The notes: generated by a model not told the origin, from the letters alone. DNA of 63,179 nt, filler included, from Octopus bimaculoides (GCF_001194135.2; 4 parts of 4 records of this genome joined end to end with filler, not necessarily neighbours in it), one strand, 5' to 3'. Positions 24,444-38,797 are shown, numbered from the whole stretch's first letter. A program made the numbers and translations.

Positions 24444-27400
24444 GTGGAAACAGAATATTGACAAGGTCCCATACGTTCAAAGAAATAAGTAAACCTATAG
24501 GAATGATAAAGAAACAGACCTATCACATGAGATATGGAGTATTTATAAGTAGGCACAGGCATTTCTTTAAGTAGAGTTAATAATAATGGGGTCAATTTGT
24601 CATGGCTGATTTGTTAATCTTCAATACAGATTTAGTTGAAAATTTATATCTATCCTTATTCACTGCTATATTAGATTTGTGAGTAGCTTATAAGTATCAA
24701 AATTAATTTTTTTTGTTAAATTCCTTTTTAGTCTTGCCACATAAAGGGAAGTCATGTGAAGAGGTGATCATAACTTCCAATTCATTTTTGCAAATAATAT
24801 TGCAGTTCGTTGGAAACATACAGCATCATTTGAAAGATCAAAACTTAGACATTCAAACTAAAACAACTGACCATTTGCTGCAAGAGCAATAATTATTTTT
24901 TCATTGAAATGCAACAACTTAATACATGCTATATTTGAAACCAATAGTATTAAAACCCTATAATCTTTAGTTGGCATGCATACATACATACATACATACC
25001 TACATGCACGCACACACACACATACATACATGCATACATACATACCTACTAAACATACATACATACAAACATACTAAACATATCCTCATATATACATATA
25101 TATAATCAAATGACGCCGTCACTACTACCACCACTATCCTCAACACCAACACAAAGAGGGTTCAATATTAATACCAAAACCAATACAATCACTACCATTA
25201 ACATCCCAGCAACTCCTTAATGACCACCAATGGCAGCAACAATAATATGAGCGCCTTGATCAATCCAGCCCCATATGAAATATAAAAGAATCACGTGAGA
25301 TAATGTGGTACACTGGTGTATTATAAAACTTGAATGAAATGTCTTTTATTTTAGGTCAGTGAGAAGTGACTTGAAATTGATCAGCCACCACCAACAGCAT
25401 CCTCACCATCATAAATATGAAAACCACTTTTACTAACATTACCTCCACTACTAACCCACCAACTTTTGAATAGTCAGCTTGCAACAGCAATGATAGTTTC
25501 AGCATAATAGTAATGCCTGTAGCCACATGTGTTGTATATCACAACGGTGTGTATGAGTATAGTATGAAGTTTTTATGGTTGCAGTCAGGAGTGCAATGGG
25601 TGAAGAACCAATGAACCTGGTGAACTTTCAACTAATCATACTGCACTTCCTCCCACCTCACTCATTTAACTTTTTATCTTCTCATTTTTATTCTTCTATC
25701 CTTGGGAATTTGACAAAAGTATTTTCCTCTCACAAACCGTTTTTTCCCAGAGCTCTTTCTTAAATACATAATTGTTTTAGATAATAACTGATCATTGGCA
25801 CAGTTGGATTTTCCTACAATTCAAGATATCTGAAAGGAAACCTTCAAGCAGGACTGAAGGTGGTTGATGAAAAAGAAGCCACAAAAGGATCACATTGCAC
25901 ATTAAACTTGTTGTTTTAAAGACTAAATGCATGAAAAAAAGAAAACAGAGAAAACACACCCACATTGCTAAAACATAAAAGCTTGCAACTTCTACATTAG
26001 AAACAAGAAGTGACAATAGAGAGAAAATGAACTCAAGTGCTCAAGAAGCTACTTGGGCTTTATTCCTTCATAGACCCAATGTGATGTACAAAATGAGACA
26101 GATCTTGGTTATATGGACCAAAGATCAACCTTGATACGCTGTGCCACAAATATCAAACAAGTTTTGTATAAGTTCTCTGTCTCTCAGACAGATGGACTAT
26201 AATCTAGAAGACAGTGTCCCACATCTTCCCAGTAAATTTCATTCTATCATCAAGCCCCTCACAGAAGCCAACATCTTTTGTGGTAAGAACTACAATACTG
26301 ATTTCAAATTTTGGCACAAGGCCAGCAATTTTGGGAAGGGGTACATCAGTTACATCGTCCCTCATACTCAACTGGTAGTTATTCTATCAACCCTGAAAGG
26401 ATGAAAGGTAAAGTTGACCATGGCAGAATTTGAGCTCAGGACGTGAGGGCAGATGAAATGCTACACAGTTTATTGGCCAGAGACAGCCATTAGTACAACT
26501 ATAATCATAAGATATTTTATGAACGTAATAGATAACATAATTGTTACCTTATTGACACCTGAGTAAGAACTAACAGATTAACAATAGAAGAATGTACATT
26601 ACTATTCTCAGTGTATAGTGTTGTATAATTGAAGCCTGACCCTATTGCTCCAACAATTCACATACCATATAACTCTGCACTGCAGACAAAACATTGAAAC
26701 TTACCCAATATGGTCTGAGCTTAACCTTTGGCATCTGATTTGAAGATGATGCCACACATGAAATAGGCATTTTGTTAAAGCATAAGTGTCTGAGCTATTT
26801 CATTATATCCCAAGTTTAAATCACACTGGAGTGAACTTTTCCAGGTCCGCAAAAATGTATTTGCACAAAGTTGTGGTTTAGAAGAATTATTAATAATAAC
26901 GGTTTCTTATTTAGGCACAGGACCAGCAATTTTAAGGGGAGGTGACAGTCAATTTCATTAACATCTGTACATGACTGGTGCTTTATTTTATTGCCCCTAA
27001 AGAATGAAAGACTTAGTTGACTTCAGCAGGGTTTGAACTCAGAACATAAAGAGCCAGAAGAAATATTGCAAGACATTCTTGCCGACATTCTAGAATAATA
27101 GGTTCTAACTTGAGCCCAAGGCCATCAATTTTCAGTATTAATAGTTGTGATGGTAGCGGTGGTGGTGGTAGTGGGGGGGGGGTGAGTCGATCACATTGAT
27201 CCCAGTACTTGACTGGTATGAACCACCCCAGAGAGATGAATGGCAAAGCTGACTTCAAAAGGAATTTACATTCAAAATGTAAAAGATTTGAAACAAATAC
27301 TGGAAGGCATTTTGCTCTAATAATTCTACTGTAGTATTTTAATTCGATTTGAAACTTTCAGAAAATGGAAACGAAATCATTGCCTGCAGCTGGACAAGAA

Positions 27401-27699
27401 CACAGGACCCATGAGTCAAGTGACGATAAATTTTGACTCGCAGGCTGTTACATCACTCACTGTATCTAACAACAGATAAGAGAGCCAATGTTCAGAGTAC
27501 TCCAATAACAGCCAGAGATTACAGGAGAGAAGCTTATGCAATCATTTATGATAGTTATGACAGCGAATGACAACACAGCCACTACAAATGAAAGTCATCG
27601 TCATTATTAATGCTATACTCATTGTATAATTAATAATCTAAAAGGATCGCTTTTGTGAGTTTTAATTGGGCATGCTTTGACTTTTGACAATGTGAAATG

Positions 27700-28170
27700 G
27701 ATTGGTTGGTGGTGGCTGAATAGGTGATGGTGGCCAATGTTGTGGTGGTGGTGGTGGGAGGGAATGTGCTGTTAGTTATGGCAGCATTGGTTGCATAGGT
27801 GATGGTGACATTGGTGTTGGTGGCAGTTGTGGTTTGTGTTGGTGAAGGTGGTGGTGGTGATTGAGTAGGTGATGGTGACATAAGTGGTGGTGGTAGAGGT
27901 GGTGGCAGTGTTGGCGGTGGTGGTAGTAATGTTGGTGAGCGTGACAGTGGTAGTGGTGGTGACTGAGTAGGTGACGGTGGTGATGGTGGTGGTGGTGGTT
28001 TCAGTAAAGGTGGTGATGAGAGTGGCACTCATGGTGGTTGTGGTGGTGTTGGTGGTGGCAGAGGTGATGGTAGTGGCAGTAATGGTGGTGGTGATGGTGG
28101 TGGTGGTAGTGTTAGTGATGAATGCTATTAGTCTTAGTGCTGGTGGTGATGATGATGATGATGATTGTAC
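27700..28170. repeat. degenerate (GGT/GAT)n low-complexity tract
   Basis: Dense ggt triplets; gives Pro-, Thr- and Val-rich pseudo-ORFs. Confidence 0.9.
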
Positions 28171-29087
28171 AGGCGGTGTTGTTTTGTTCCTGGGAGTGCT
28201 GGTGGTGTTTGGTCTCCATCAGAGTGTTGTTATTATTATAGGCAAGCTGCTTCAATTCCCTTCTTACATTCAAGGAATGTAAATTTGTCATTATGGGATC
28301 AAAGCCAGATATGTGAAAGGGACTGAAAGGATGTGGGTTTTAAATGAAGTAAATGCAATAGAGGAGGTGTGGCAGAAAGGGGAGGGGACATAATTAACTT
28401 GTGTAATTTTGCTGGAAGAGTGAAAAATATGCAAATAGCGTAACCCATGTAAATTGTCATTGTCATTTTGAGATTAATTGTGCATATTAACAACTTAGAT
28501 ACTTAACTGTTGTAAGAAATCACGACAACACAGATACAACATAGCACTCACAGAGCAAGTATGTATGTGCACTTTAGCTATGTACATACGCAATCACTTA
28601 TGCTTTTCTCTCACCGTCATTCAAGAATCCATATGGTGTGAGTGAGGAGGGCATGTAAAATTTACTATTATTCTGATGGCTTGCTGCCAAATTCAGGAAG
28701 AACTAACCTTCCCAGTTATAGTCATATTTCATATATTGATAACTATATTGTAATAAAAATATTGTTTCAAAATCCCTGTGGGCCATGTTGTAGTGGTGTT
28801 GGGGGACACTGGTCAATGGTAACAGCAGCGTTGGTGATGGTTATGTTGTTGCTTAATCCCAGTTCAATCCACATCAATCAGATATATTATCAAAGGCATT
28901 CTAGCCAAGACCATCCCATCTTTTTACAGATATCTAAGACTATATTATCAAATATGACTTTTTCTTTTTAAGATGGCTGGGCTTATCTGAAGGGGGTTTC
29001 GCTACTATTTCTAGTGTGTCATAAAACCATATAGAAGCTTCCTTGTTGGCCTCATCATTATTGTTATTGATATTACTGGCAGTGTTG

Positions 29088-29293
29088 AGGCAGTGAGCTG
29101 GCAGAGTTATTAGCAAGCTGAGCAAAAATGTTTAGAGGTATTTCGTCCAGCCTTACATTCCGAGTTCAAATTCTGCCAAGGTCAACTTTACCTTTCATTG
29201 TTTTGGAGTTGACAAAATAAGTACCAGTTGAGCACTGGAATCGATGTAATTGACTTAACACCTGCCCCAACATGCTGCCTTGTGCCAAAATTT
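29088..29293 (+). mobile_element. SINE family B
   Basis: aggcagtgagctggcagag...ccgagttcaaattctgccaaggtc...ataagtaccag...ttgtgccaaaattt. Confidence 0.88.
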
Positions 29294-29474
29294 GTGACCA
29301 AAACTATTGATAGTGGTGGCGAATGCAACTATAGCCATGGATAATATTGATGCTTAAAATAAGAGGGTTTTTTATATTTTCTTTATCGCTTAACCAGGGA
29401 GGGAGGGTAGCATTTTTAACCCTTTATTTTCTCCAGGGCTTCCAAGAATGCTGAGATCAATGGAAAAAGTTATC

Positions 29475-29938
29475 TTTTACCTTTTTGATACCAATTTACC
29501 TGAGACCACCTTTGATTCTATGATACAACTTATTGTTTTAAAGAGATTTAAATTCAAATCTTCCTGCAATATTTCAAATTGATTTATGTCCCAAACACCA
29601 GCTTAATCATCTTTTCTACTAAAGGCACAAGGCCTTGAAATTTAGGGGAAGAGGGTCAGTCGATTACATCGACCCCAGTGTTCCACTGGTACTTAATTCA
29701 TCACTCCCAAAAGGATGAAAGGCGAAGTCAACCTCAATGGAATTTGAACTCAGAATGTAAAGATGAATGAAATGTTGCTAAGCTTTTTGTCCAGCTTGCT
29801 AACGATTCTGCCAACTCATTGCCTTACACCAGCTCAATAATGACAGTTATTTTACTAAATTCTTTGTTATTTTCAAAATTTATCAAAACAAAGGCAGTTT
29901 CTTTTAACAGAAAGATGGTAACAAAATGTTTAAACCAG
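29475..29938. mobile_element. piggyBac-like MITE split by a nested SINE B
   Basis: Left ttacctttttgatacc.. and right ..gatggtaacaaaatgtttaa; the sequence resumes after the SINE with a duplicated 13-mer. Confidence 0.55.
29608..29825 (-). mobile_element. SINE family B with a 13-bp target-site duplication
   Basis: Flanked by acaccagcttaat (29595-29607) and acaccagctcaat (29826-29838). Confidence 0.9.
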
Positions 29939-30398
29939 ATATCTGGCCTGAATTGTTTTGGGATAGAGTGAATTATGCTAAAGGCACCCAAAAACTTTGA
30001 GGTTGTGTTATACTGGGCCATATATTATTTTCTCCACCTAGTAACAAATATAACAAAGAATCAGAACAAAAATTGTAAAGCATCTCATCTGAAACTCAAA
30101 TAATTCCACCAATTCTCCACCCAGGAATTATCATTTAATGTCCATGTTCTACTGTCTGTTTTGGCATAGTTTCTATGGCTCGCTAAATGTCCTAATGCCG
30201 ATCACTTTACAAGGTGCACTGGGTGCTTTTTATGTGGCACCCGTACCAGTGAGGTCACCAAATAATTTGCAAAGCAAAGATCTCTCAACTGAAAGGGGGA
30301 ATAATACTGGTGGCTTTGTGCTGGATGATGAGAAGTTAAAGTATGATAGAGGGACAGAAAGAGGAATCTTACTGTAGGTGATACATGGCGACCACAGT

Positions 30399-30434
<36 letters not shown>

Positions 30435-31124
30435 ATATAAGTGAAGTGATCCAGAGAACTGGACAGAATGAATGGGTAAGTTCACAAAAGTGCAAACGGA
30501 GATTGGGAAATACAAATNNNNNNNNNNGAACTGGACAGAATGAATGGGTAAGTTCACAAAAGTGCAAACGGAGATTGGGAAATACAAATGGAGAACTGGT
30601 ATTTTGCTTTATCAACCCTGAAAGAATAAATGACAAAATTGACAATGAAATTATTTGAACTCAGAGTATAAAGCGATGCAACAAATAACACAAGGTATGA
30701 GGTTGGGCTGAAAAGTTCATAGGCTGATCATGAAGGAGTGATGCAAGAGCTGTGAAATCTTGCATGCATTAATTTCAACCCTTCTTATTAATAACTGGAT
30801 TGTTTCTTTCCAGGTAAACAGACATCTGACTGTTCAAAGATAACTTCGAATTTAACTTGTAGAGACTTCTCGTGAAAATGGACAAAAGTTTTTATTTCTG
30901 AGTTTCATACAATTTTGTTTTCATATATTTTTTTTATATTATCTTTGTAATTGTGTTGGAAATAAAATATCATTATTAACATGTGGGAGAATAGTCATTC
31001 TCTTAAAAATGGCACAATATAACATTAATCTTGTTAAGTTGTCTAGGTTAACCTAGTTCAACTACCAGAGTGGTTTATATTAATAGCAGTATGATCAACA
31101 GTGGCAGTAAACCAACAATCCTGG

Positions 31125-31283
31125 AATAAACACATTGTACCGAGTGTGAAGGGAATGCAACTTTCGAAGTGAGCCCTTTAAAACCAGACTCAACTGCAAA
31201 TCATATGATATGCGGCTGAGTCTGGTTTTAAAAGGATCACTTTGAGAGCTGCATTCCCTCACGTTCGGTACAATGTGTTTATT
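31125..31283. repeat. ~160-bp imperfect palindrome (MITE-like hairpin)
   Basis: aataaacacattgtaccg..tttaaaaccagactca / tgagtctggttttaaa..cggtacaatgtgtttatt. Confidence 0.85.
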
Positions 31284-31432
31284 ATGGTAGTTTTGACATT
31301 AAGAGTCCCTCCTAGCATGAGACATTCATGTATAGTAATGCCCTTAATATAAATAAATATATTTATAGGGAATAATTAATAAATTTTTTCCTTATGAGGT
31401 TTTTCATGCTAACTACTTGATAAATTCTTATA

Positions 31433-31490
31433 AAGATTTTATCCTATATTAAGTTGTATATATATACAACTTAATATAGGATAAAATCTT
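31433..31490. repeat. perfect 58-bp palindrome
   Basis: aagattttatcctatattaagttgta-tatata-tacaacttaatataggataaaatctt. Confidence 0.95.
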
Positions 31491-31690
31491 ATATATAAAA
31501 TATATATATATATGCATATATTGAAGATGCTTAAAAATGAAAATGCTACTTTTTAGAACATTTTTTGGGTGTTTTAATTGATTTACATGTTTCGCTTTTT
31601 TTGAAAAACCTTATCAAAAATGAATATAAAATATGTGAGAAGAGAAAAGGGCTATTAATAAAATAAAATTGAAATTAAAATTAAGAATAA

Positions 31691-31790
31691 NNNNNNNNNN
31701 NNNNNNNNNNNNNNNNNNNNNNNNNNNNNNNNNNTTAATTAATTAANNNNNNNNNNNNNNNNNNNNNNNNNNNNNNNNNNNNNNNNNNNN
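31691..31790. other. artificial scaffold spacer (44N-TTAATTAATTAA-44N)
   Basis: Fixed 100-bp structure with a six-frame-stop core; identical at 44061-44160 and 55633-55732. Confidence 0.95.
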
Positions 31791-31798
31791 ATATATCC

Positions 31799-31842
<44 letters not shown>

Positions 31843-32160
31843 GCATATATATGTATGTATATATGTATATATGTATAACTACGTATGTATATGTATGTAT
31901 ATATATATGTATGTACATGTATTTATATATATATAAGTACATATATGTACGTATATATGTGTGTGCGTGTGTGCGTGTATATATAAATATATCTTTGTAT
32001 GTATATATATATATGTATATATATGTGTGTAGGTATATTTGTATATACATACACACACCCACACACGGTCGCACGCACACACACACACATATACAGACAG
32101 ACAGACAGACAGACACACACACACACACACATATATATATGCATGCATGTATATATATAT

Positions 32161-32760
32161 CGATTCCGCCTCTCCATAGTACAACCGGGCCCTGGCTAAA
32201 GGTGGGTTCAATGATAGGATTAGTTACATGCTAGACCTTAGCCCACCTAGAGAATACGCCACCGGAGGGCATTATAGTTCACGCTGCATTTCTATTTAAG
32301 AGTTAGGACCAGAAAAGGTATGGTTTTTCTTAACTTAATTGACAGACACTTCTCTCGGAGAAATAGATTCTATAAAAATATTTAATAGGCACACCCTGAG
32401 ATTATTCCTTTTCCTGTGCAGCTAGTATAAAAATGATTTTAGTAGGTAAACCAAGACATGAAGCTGTGGCAGGATGCTCAATTAAGGGTAAAACAACTTC
32501 CCATCTAATATGAACAATGCAATACGAAAACAGTCGTCTTCGAGGTAAAAGTATCAGCAACAGCAGGCGATGGACAGCCTAGCGTGCGGAAATACGTGGG
32601 GCAACACCAGGCCCATTCAGAACCCACTTTGACAACTACAATTTCTTCTTTTACTATGGCAGAGAGACAGAGCCCTACAACCCTAGCCAAGCATCTTTTA
32701 AAAGAAAGCGCCACAGAATACAGCATGAAATGGAAGATTATAGAGGACAGTTAAACGGCT
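32161..32760 (+). mobile_element. decayed PLE thumb/GIY-YIG fragment, same type as the 44-48 kb element
   Basis: Frameshifted peptides [25 protein letters not shown]...SC, QCNTKTVVFEVKV..RKYVG, TTLAKHLLKE..YSMKWKII. Confidence 0.75.
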
Positions 32761-33639
32761 TTGAAGGTGAGATTTTTTTAAAAATTTATGGATGCTTAAT
32801 AGCAATGTACATGTTATTTTATTTAGGTTGAACAGAAAAAATACACAAATTAGATTTACCTTTTTGATAAACAATGAAATATCAATTTAGTGGAACACTG
32901 GCAATGATGCAACATGAAGGAACCTCGAACGTAAACAAAAGTTTAGGTAAATAGAGCTATAAGATAAAATGCAATTATCTTAAAAGAACCTACATTTATA
33001 AAAGAGCAATGAAGAGTTACTGCCGAAATATTGCCAATAAATTTTAATATAATTATCATATCAGCATTTTATAAGATGATAAAAATTGGTTGGGTAGCAC
33101 ACATTCATAATGGCACACATCCCATTTGATTTTCAAAGAAGGTTTAATGAAAACATTCCTGTATAACTTGAATGCTCACCGTATGAAGCGTATATGTAAA
33201 CATTACATTAAAACTATCCATTTTGTTAAAGAATACTTGTTTGGGTTTACATGTATAATATGCTGACTAATGTATATTAATGCACACGCGTTACCAGAAG
33301 TCCATATTCATGTGTTTAAAAAAAACATTATGAACAAAAATTATAATCGTACATACATACATGTAAATATATATACATATAAATATATATACAAAAGATG
33401 AGCTATGGAACAGTGTTGTCTACCAAACCACCCAACACACCAACACCAACGCCATTTCTACTGAAGCCTGTAGCAGAAAAACAGGAAATGCAAAATTGAG
33501 CACCTGAAGTAACTTTCTGCATGTAATCAAGTTATATGCATTGCACTTACAGAAACACATCTATCTGCAGACATATGCGATGCGGAGATACACATACCAA
33601 TGTAAGCAATCTTCCGTACAGACAAGGAAAAGAAGTCAT

Positions 33640-35220
33640 GGTAGACTTGTAATGTAGAGCCAAGAAGAGGTCACAAAATTAACTCTGCTATCGAACAGGA
33701 ACTGGGTGTGTGACACTCTCTAAAGCAACTTGATATAGTGATATGCACACTATATCACCAAACTGATGTCTCAAATCATGATGGAGAATTTGAGGAAAGC
33801 TTCAGTGCGATAAAGGAAGTAGTAACACAATTGGATCAACGTACTACTATATTGCTGATGGGTGACGTCCGCATCCCCAACATCACATGGCCTGAGTGCG
33901 ATATAACCCCAACAATGACGCACAAAGAGCGAATCAAGTAGAATCTCTACTTGATCATACAAAAATGCTATTCATGGAGTAGGTTTTACTCTCTCCAACC
34001 AGGCACAAATATATCTTGGACCTCTGTTTTACAAACAATGTGGAAATTATCCACAACGTAAATTTATCACCGACAATATTCTTAGACCATAACATAATAG
34101 AACTGACAATGTATGGCCTGGGATTAACTAAGATAGACTCCGCACAGATGGCGCTCAAATTCTATCCAGTCTATATTTCTATAAGGCTGATTGGAAGTTA
34201 CTTGAAAAATAGATACTCCAACAGGTCTGGTTTCAAAGCCTCTCTATGCACGGCATAGATATGAAACTCAATAAATTTATGTTAATAATGCGAGCCATAT
34301 GCATTAAATATGTTCCAGAGAAGGACGCTACTATTCACAAAAGCATCATTCTCCGAGACGGGAAGATACTCATGCGGCGGAGAATAAAGATCTCGAATCG
34401 TTTAAACAAACATCTTAATGAAAGGTTGAAATACCACCTGACAGACCAACGCTTCAAGATACAGAATAGACTCAAAATCTGAAATCTTAAAGTTTTCTAC
34501 ATGCTGGCAAAGGAGTCTGCCTCAGTAAACTGCAGACCCGGGGTAGATAAGTGAAGCACTACATGAACAATTCCGAAGTGTTTTCATTTCTCAACTGGAA
34601 AATGTACAAATAAACAAGCCGAAGGAGTTTTTCAATGTAATGAATCGATACGGAAAAGAGACAGACATATGGAAAAGTGGCAACCATCGATTACATCAAC
34701 ATAAAACGAGAGGATGGAATATCGGCCATTGATGAGATGAGATGAAACTCAGCAAGAAGACCAGATGGTCTCCTATTTGTTCTCTTAAATACATGTATAA
34801 AAAGCTCTTTCAAAACCACTACAGATGCTCTTTTAGAGCTTTGTTGCATGTGGTAAATTTCCCAACATGCTAAAAGAGGGTATAATATGCCCTGTCTATA
34901 AAGGAGGGAACAGAGCAGATGCTAACAATTACAGGCCCATCTCTCTGACCCCACATGTTAGCAAGAGAATGGAACGCATTGTGAGAAAAAGGCTGATCAC
35001 TTCCCTTGAAGAAAACCTTCTCATAAACACACAACATGGTTTCCGTCCAAGGAGGAGCTGTCTCACACAGTTGCCAAGGCTTTCGACAAAGCTAATCATG
35101 GCATGATATGTCACAAGCTACAAAACCTTGGTATTACTGGGAAACTGGGAGATTGGCTTCATGACTTTCTGAAGGGCAGGAGTCAGACAGCTGTAGCCAA
35201 TGGTGCTCACTCTGAAGAGA
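33640..35220 (+). mobile_element. CR1/L2-superfamily LINE fragment (APE endonuclease + RT N-half), decayed
   Basis: ILLMGDVRIPNITW; DLCFTNN..DHNII; ICPVYKGGNRADANNYRPISLTPHVSKRMERIV; QHGFR..RSCLTQL; KLQNLGITGKLGDWLHDFL.GR.Q. Confidence 0.9.
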
Positions 35221-35251
35221 CACTCTCTGTCTCCGTCTCTGTCTGTCTGTC

Positions 35252-35296
<45 letters not shown>

Positions 35297-35301
35297 GTCT
35301 C

Positions 35302-35342
<41 letters not shown>

Positions 35343-35888
35343 NNNNNNNNNNNNNNNNNNNNNNNNNNNNNNNNNNNNNNNNNNNNNNNNNNNNNNNNNN
35401 NNNNNNNNNNNNNNNNNNNNNNNNNNNNNNNNNNNNNNNNNNNNNNNNNNNNNNNNNNNNNNNNNNNNNNNNNNNNNNNNNNNNNNNNNNNNNNNNNNNN
35501 NNNNNNNNNNNNNAGTGAGGCCTCGCTGGAGCACTGCTTTAGTCGGAAAAGAAGAAACAAACAAACAAACAAAGAAGGAAGGAAGCAAGACATAGACTGG
35601 AAGGGTGAGAGAGAATATATATAAGCAAGAGGTACAGAGAATTAGAAAAGGACGAGGATCGGTTGAAAACTGCAGATTTTAGAGGAAAACCAGAGAAACA
35701 AAACATTTCTCCGATTTATCGCTTTACGCGGGACCTGTGAGCAATCATTTATAATGCCAGACCATCCTTGGCACATAGGGAATGTGTCAGTAAAGTTTGG
35801 AGAAGATAGGTTGAAAACTATACAAATGTATACGTATTGCACACACAGTCATACATATAGAGAAAAAGAGCGCCAGAAACAGACACAG

Positions 35889-35952
<64 letters not shown>

Positions 35953-36469
35953 GAACATGTTGTCATATATGTATTTGGGTGGGGAGAATGTAAGAAATAA
36001 AGAAACCCGAAGGATCACATGAATGCAGAATAAGACAGAGAAAATCAAACGTTTACCATTTGTATTTACAGAAGAATAGGAAATTATAAATCCATTTTGT
36101 GTTTAGTTAAGTACTCAATACTATATGATGCCAGTGCAGTAAAAGAATATTGGAGTTAAAAGATACAAATCAGCAATATGAAAATGATGAAAATACATCA
36201 AAACGAAGTTAATCATGTGCCAAGTTTTTTTGTACATTCATCATAAAAATTACTTCCAGTTATGAAACTTTTTCCGCCAATTGAGAAGGGTATTTGGTAG
36301 TTGAAATTCTGCTTCTGCACTGACGATCATGAGCAAATTATAAACAAAATATCGTTAGAACACACGTGGTTAATGCAAGTGCAACAAATTTTCTACCACA
36401 ATGTGTCCACGCAAGTTTATATTTTTCGTCGTGTTACCTTATGTAGATGTATTAGTAATTCCATCTACA

Positions 36470-36640
36470 TCGTTCTTATAGTTGAAGTCATAAACCCAAA
36501 ATATATCATTATCTGTAAGGGTTTCTTTACTCCTAACGGGGTTCCTCGTAAATAAATAGTCGTTCAAAGCAATAAAGTTATTTTTCAGAATAAACTTTAC
36601 TCTTTCAATGATGATTTTTCTCAATGACGATTTTTTTGAC
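36470..36640 (-). mobile_element. possible decayed PLE RT fragment (motif B region)
   Basis: IIIERVKFILKNNFIALND..., then after a frameshift RGTPLGVK, resembling FILENN.F.FN...GT.MG. Confidence 0.4.
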
Positions 36641-37502
36641 TTGTACTACATAAGTGAGACATAATTATATCAAATGCCACAATAATAATGTCTCACATGA
36701 CTTCTATAGAAATGTTTGAAGGTGACTCGCACCTATAAGGTGATATTTGTATTACAGTGCTCACATAAATATTCTACAAGGGGTGTGTTTGCATTGTAAT
36801 AAAGTGCGGCAACTACTACCTAACAAATACGATAAATGAAGAGATGTTCATTAAGTAAAATATGCCTAAGAAAACGATGACAATAATATAGAATAAACAA
36901 AGTAGGAAATATCGATTATACGAATTTACGATATTTTTTTCTCTATACGTATTAGCAGTGAGACGCAGACAAATATTTAGGAACAAAAAACATGCTTAAA
37001 CGAGAAATGATGAAACATTTGCTAGTAGCTCTGCGAATACATTTTGCTGCTATTTGATTAGTTTGTTTTAGCTACAGTAAAAGAAAAAGTATTTTGCAGA
37101 GCCAGTTAATATTAGCTTCATAAACATTCTAAAGTAGGTAATTATCTTTTGGAATCGGTTAGGATAATATATGTAGATATATTACAAGATCTCTTTTATA
37201 TTTCAAATTCATTCACCAATGAACTTAACTCACTGATAATCATAGACGAATAAAGAGAGACTATTTCTTGGTAAAATACAAATGTAGATTTACTCAGTTA
37301 TAATTATTCATACAAGAGAAAAATAAAGTAATTTACATAACGAAAATATTAAACGATACTCAGCTTTATCAATGACAATGTATGAAACACGGAGGAATTA
37401 AAACAATAAATCATAATGATCTGCCTAGTCTTAGAAAACGAGAAGCCAATTAAATGTTCAAATAAGTACATAGATTTCTAATGTAAGCTACAAATATCTA
37501 TT

Positions 37503-37731
37503 TCATTATTGCCCACAGGGGGCAAAACATAGAGCAGAAAAAACAAGAACAGACAAAGGGAATAAGTCGATTACATCCACCCCATTGCGTAACTGGAACT
37601 TATCTAATCGACGCCGGAAAGATGAAAGGCAAAGTCGACTTTATGGGAATTAGAACCCACAACGTAACGGCAGACAAAATACCGCTAAGCATTTCGCCCG
37701 GAGTGCTAGCGATTCTGCCAATTTGCGCCTT
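37503..37731 (-). mobile_element. SINE family B variant, CpG-rich
   Basis: Central block and head match family B; a different tail (ttgcccacagggggcaaaacat); CpGs retained. Confidence 0.85.
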
Positions 37732-38002
37732 CAAGCTAAGCTACAAACAGTGCCTGCACAGTTCTCATTTAACGTCACCTACCATCTGGAGCATTCAATT
37801 TTCTGTAAAACTAGATACAGTAGATAAATACAGAGAAATTTGCTGGGAATTTGTGTTCATTTTGTTCTTCAAACAATATCGTGTGAAAGAACACTTCTAG
37901 TTTCCCATTCATGTAATACCTAAAGTTATCTACATATTTATCTATGAATCTCTCTGTCTCGCTCTCTTATTCTCACTCTCCCTCTTTGTATCACATTATA
38001 TA

Positions 38003-38388
38003 TACTCTTTTACTCTTTTACTTGTTTCAGTCATTTGACTGCGGCCATGCTGGAGGACCGCCTTTAGTCGAGCAAACCGACCCCAGGACTTATTCTTTGG
38101 AAGCCTAGTACTTATTCTATCGGTCTCTTTTGCCGAACCGTTAAGTTACGGGGACGTAAACACACCACCATCGTTTGTCAAACGATGTTGGGGAGACAAA
38201 CACAGACACACAAACAGAGACGCACACACATATATATATATATACATATATACGACAGGCTTCTTTCAGTTTCCGTCTACCAAATCCACTCACAAGACTT
38301 TGGTCGGCCCGAGGCTATAGCAGAAGACACTTACCCAAGGTGCCACGCAGTGGGACTGAACCCGGAACCATGTGGTTGGTAAGCAAGC
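38003..38388 (-). mobile_element. SINE family A, CpG-rich
   Basis: tcttttacttgtttcagtcatttgactgcggccatgctggag...cccggaaccatgtggttggtaagcaagc, then an N gap. Confidence 0.95.
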
Positions 38389-38710
38389 NNNNNNNNNNNN
38401 NNNNNNNNNNNNNNNNNNNNNNNNNNNNNNNNNNNNNNNNNNNNNNNNNNNNNNNNNNNNNNNNNNNNNNNNNNNNNNNNNNNNNNNNNNNNNNNNNNNN
38501 NNNNNNNNNNNNNNNNNNNNNNNNNNNNNNNNNNNNNNNNNNNNNNNNNNNNNNNNNNNNNNNNNNNNNNNNNNNNNNNNNNNNNNNNNNNNNNNNNNNN
38601 NNNNNNNNNNNNNNNNNNNNNNNNNNNNNNNNNNNNNNNNNNNNNNNNNNNNNNNNNNNNNNNNNNNNNNNNNNNNNNNNNNNNNNNNNNNNNNNNNNNN
38701 NNNNNNNNNN

Positions 38711-38797
<87 letters not shown>

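Noticed and set aside
24440-24515. Minus-strand exon candidate (GLLISLNVWDLVNILFPQ)
   Set aside because: The donor is supplied by a mutated SINE B head, and no partner exons were found.
26060-26280. Possible decayed LINE endonuclease fragment
   Set aside because: Multiple stops and no diagnostic motif recovered.
27630-28282. Pro-rich, Thr-rich and Val-rich ORFs (extensin/mucin-like)
   Set aside because: All frames of one degenerate (GGT)n tract; no splice or domain evidence.
30456-30589. Exact 62-bp direct repeat around a 10-N gap
   Set aside because: Typical unmerged contig overlap.
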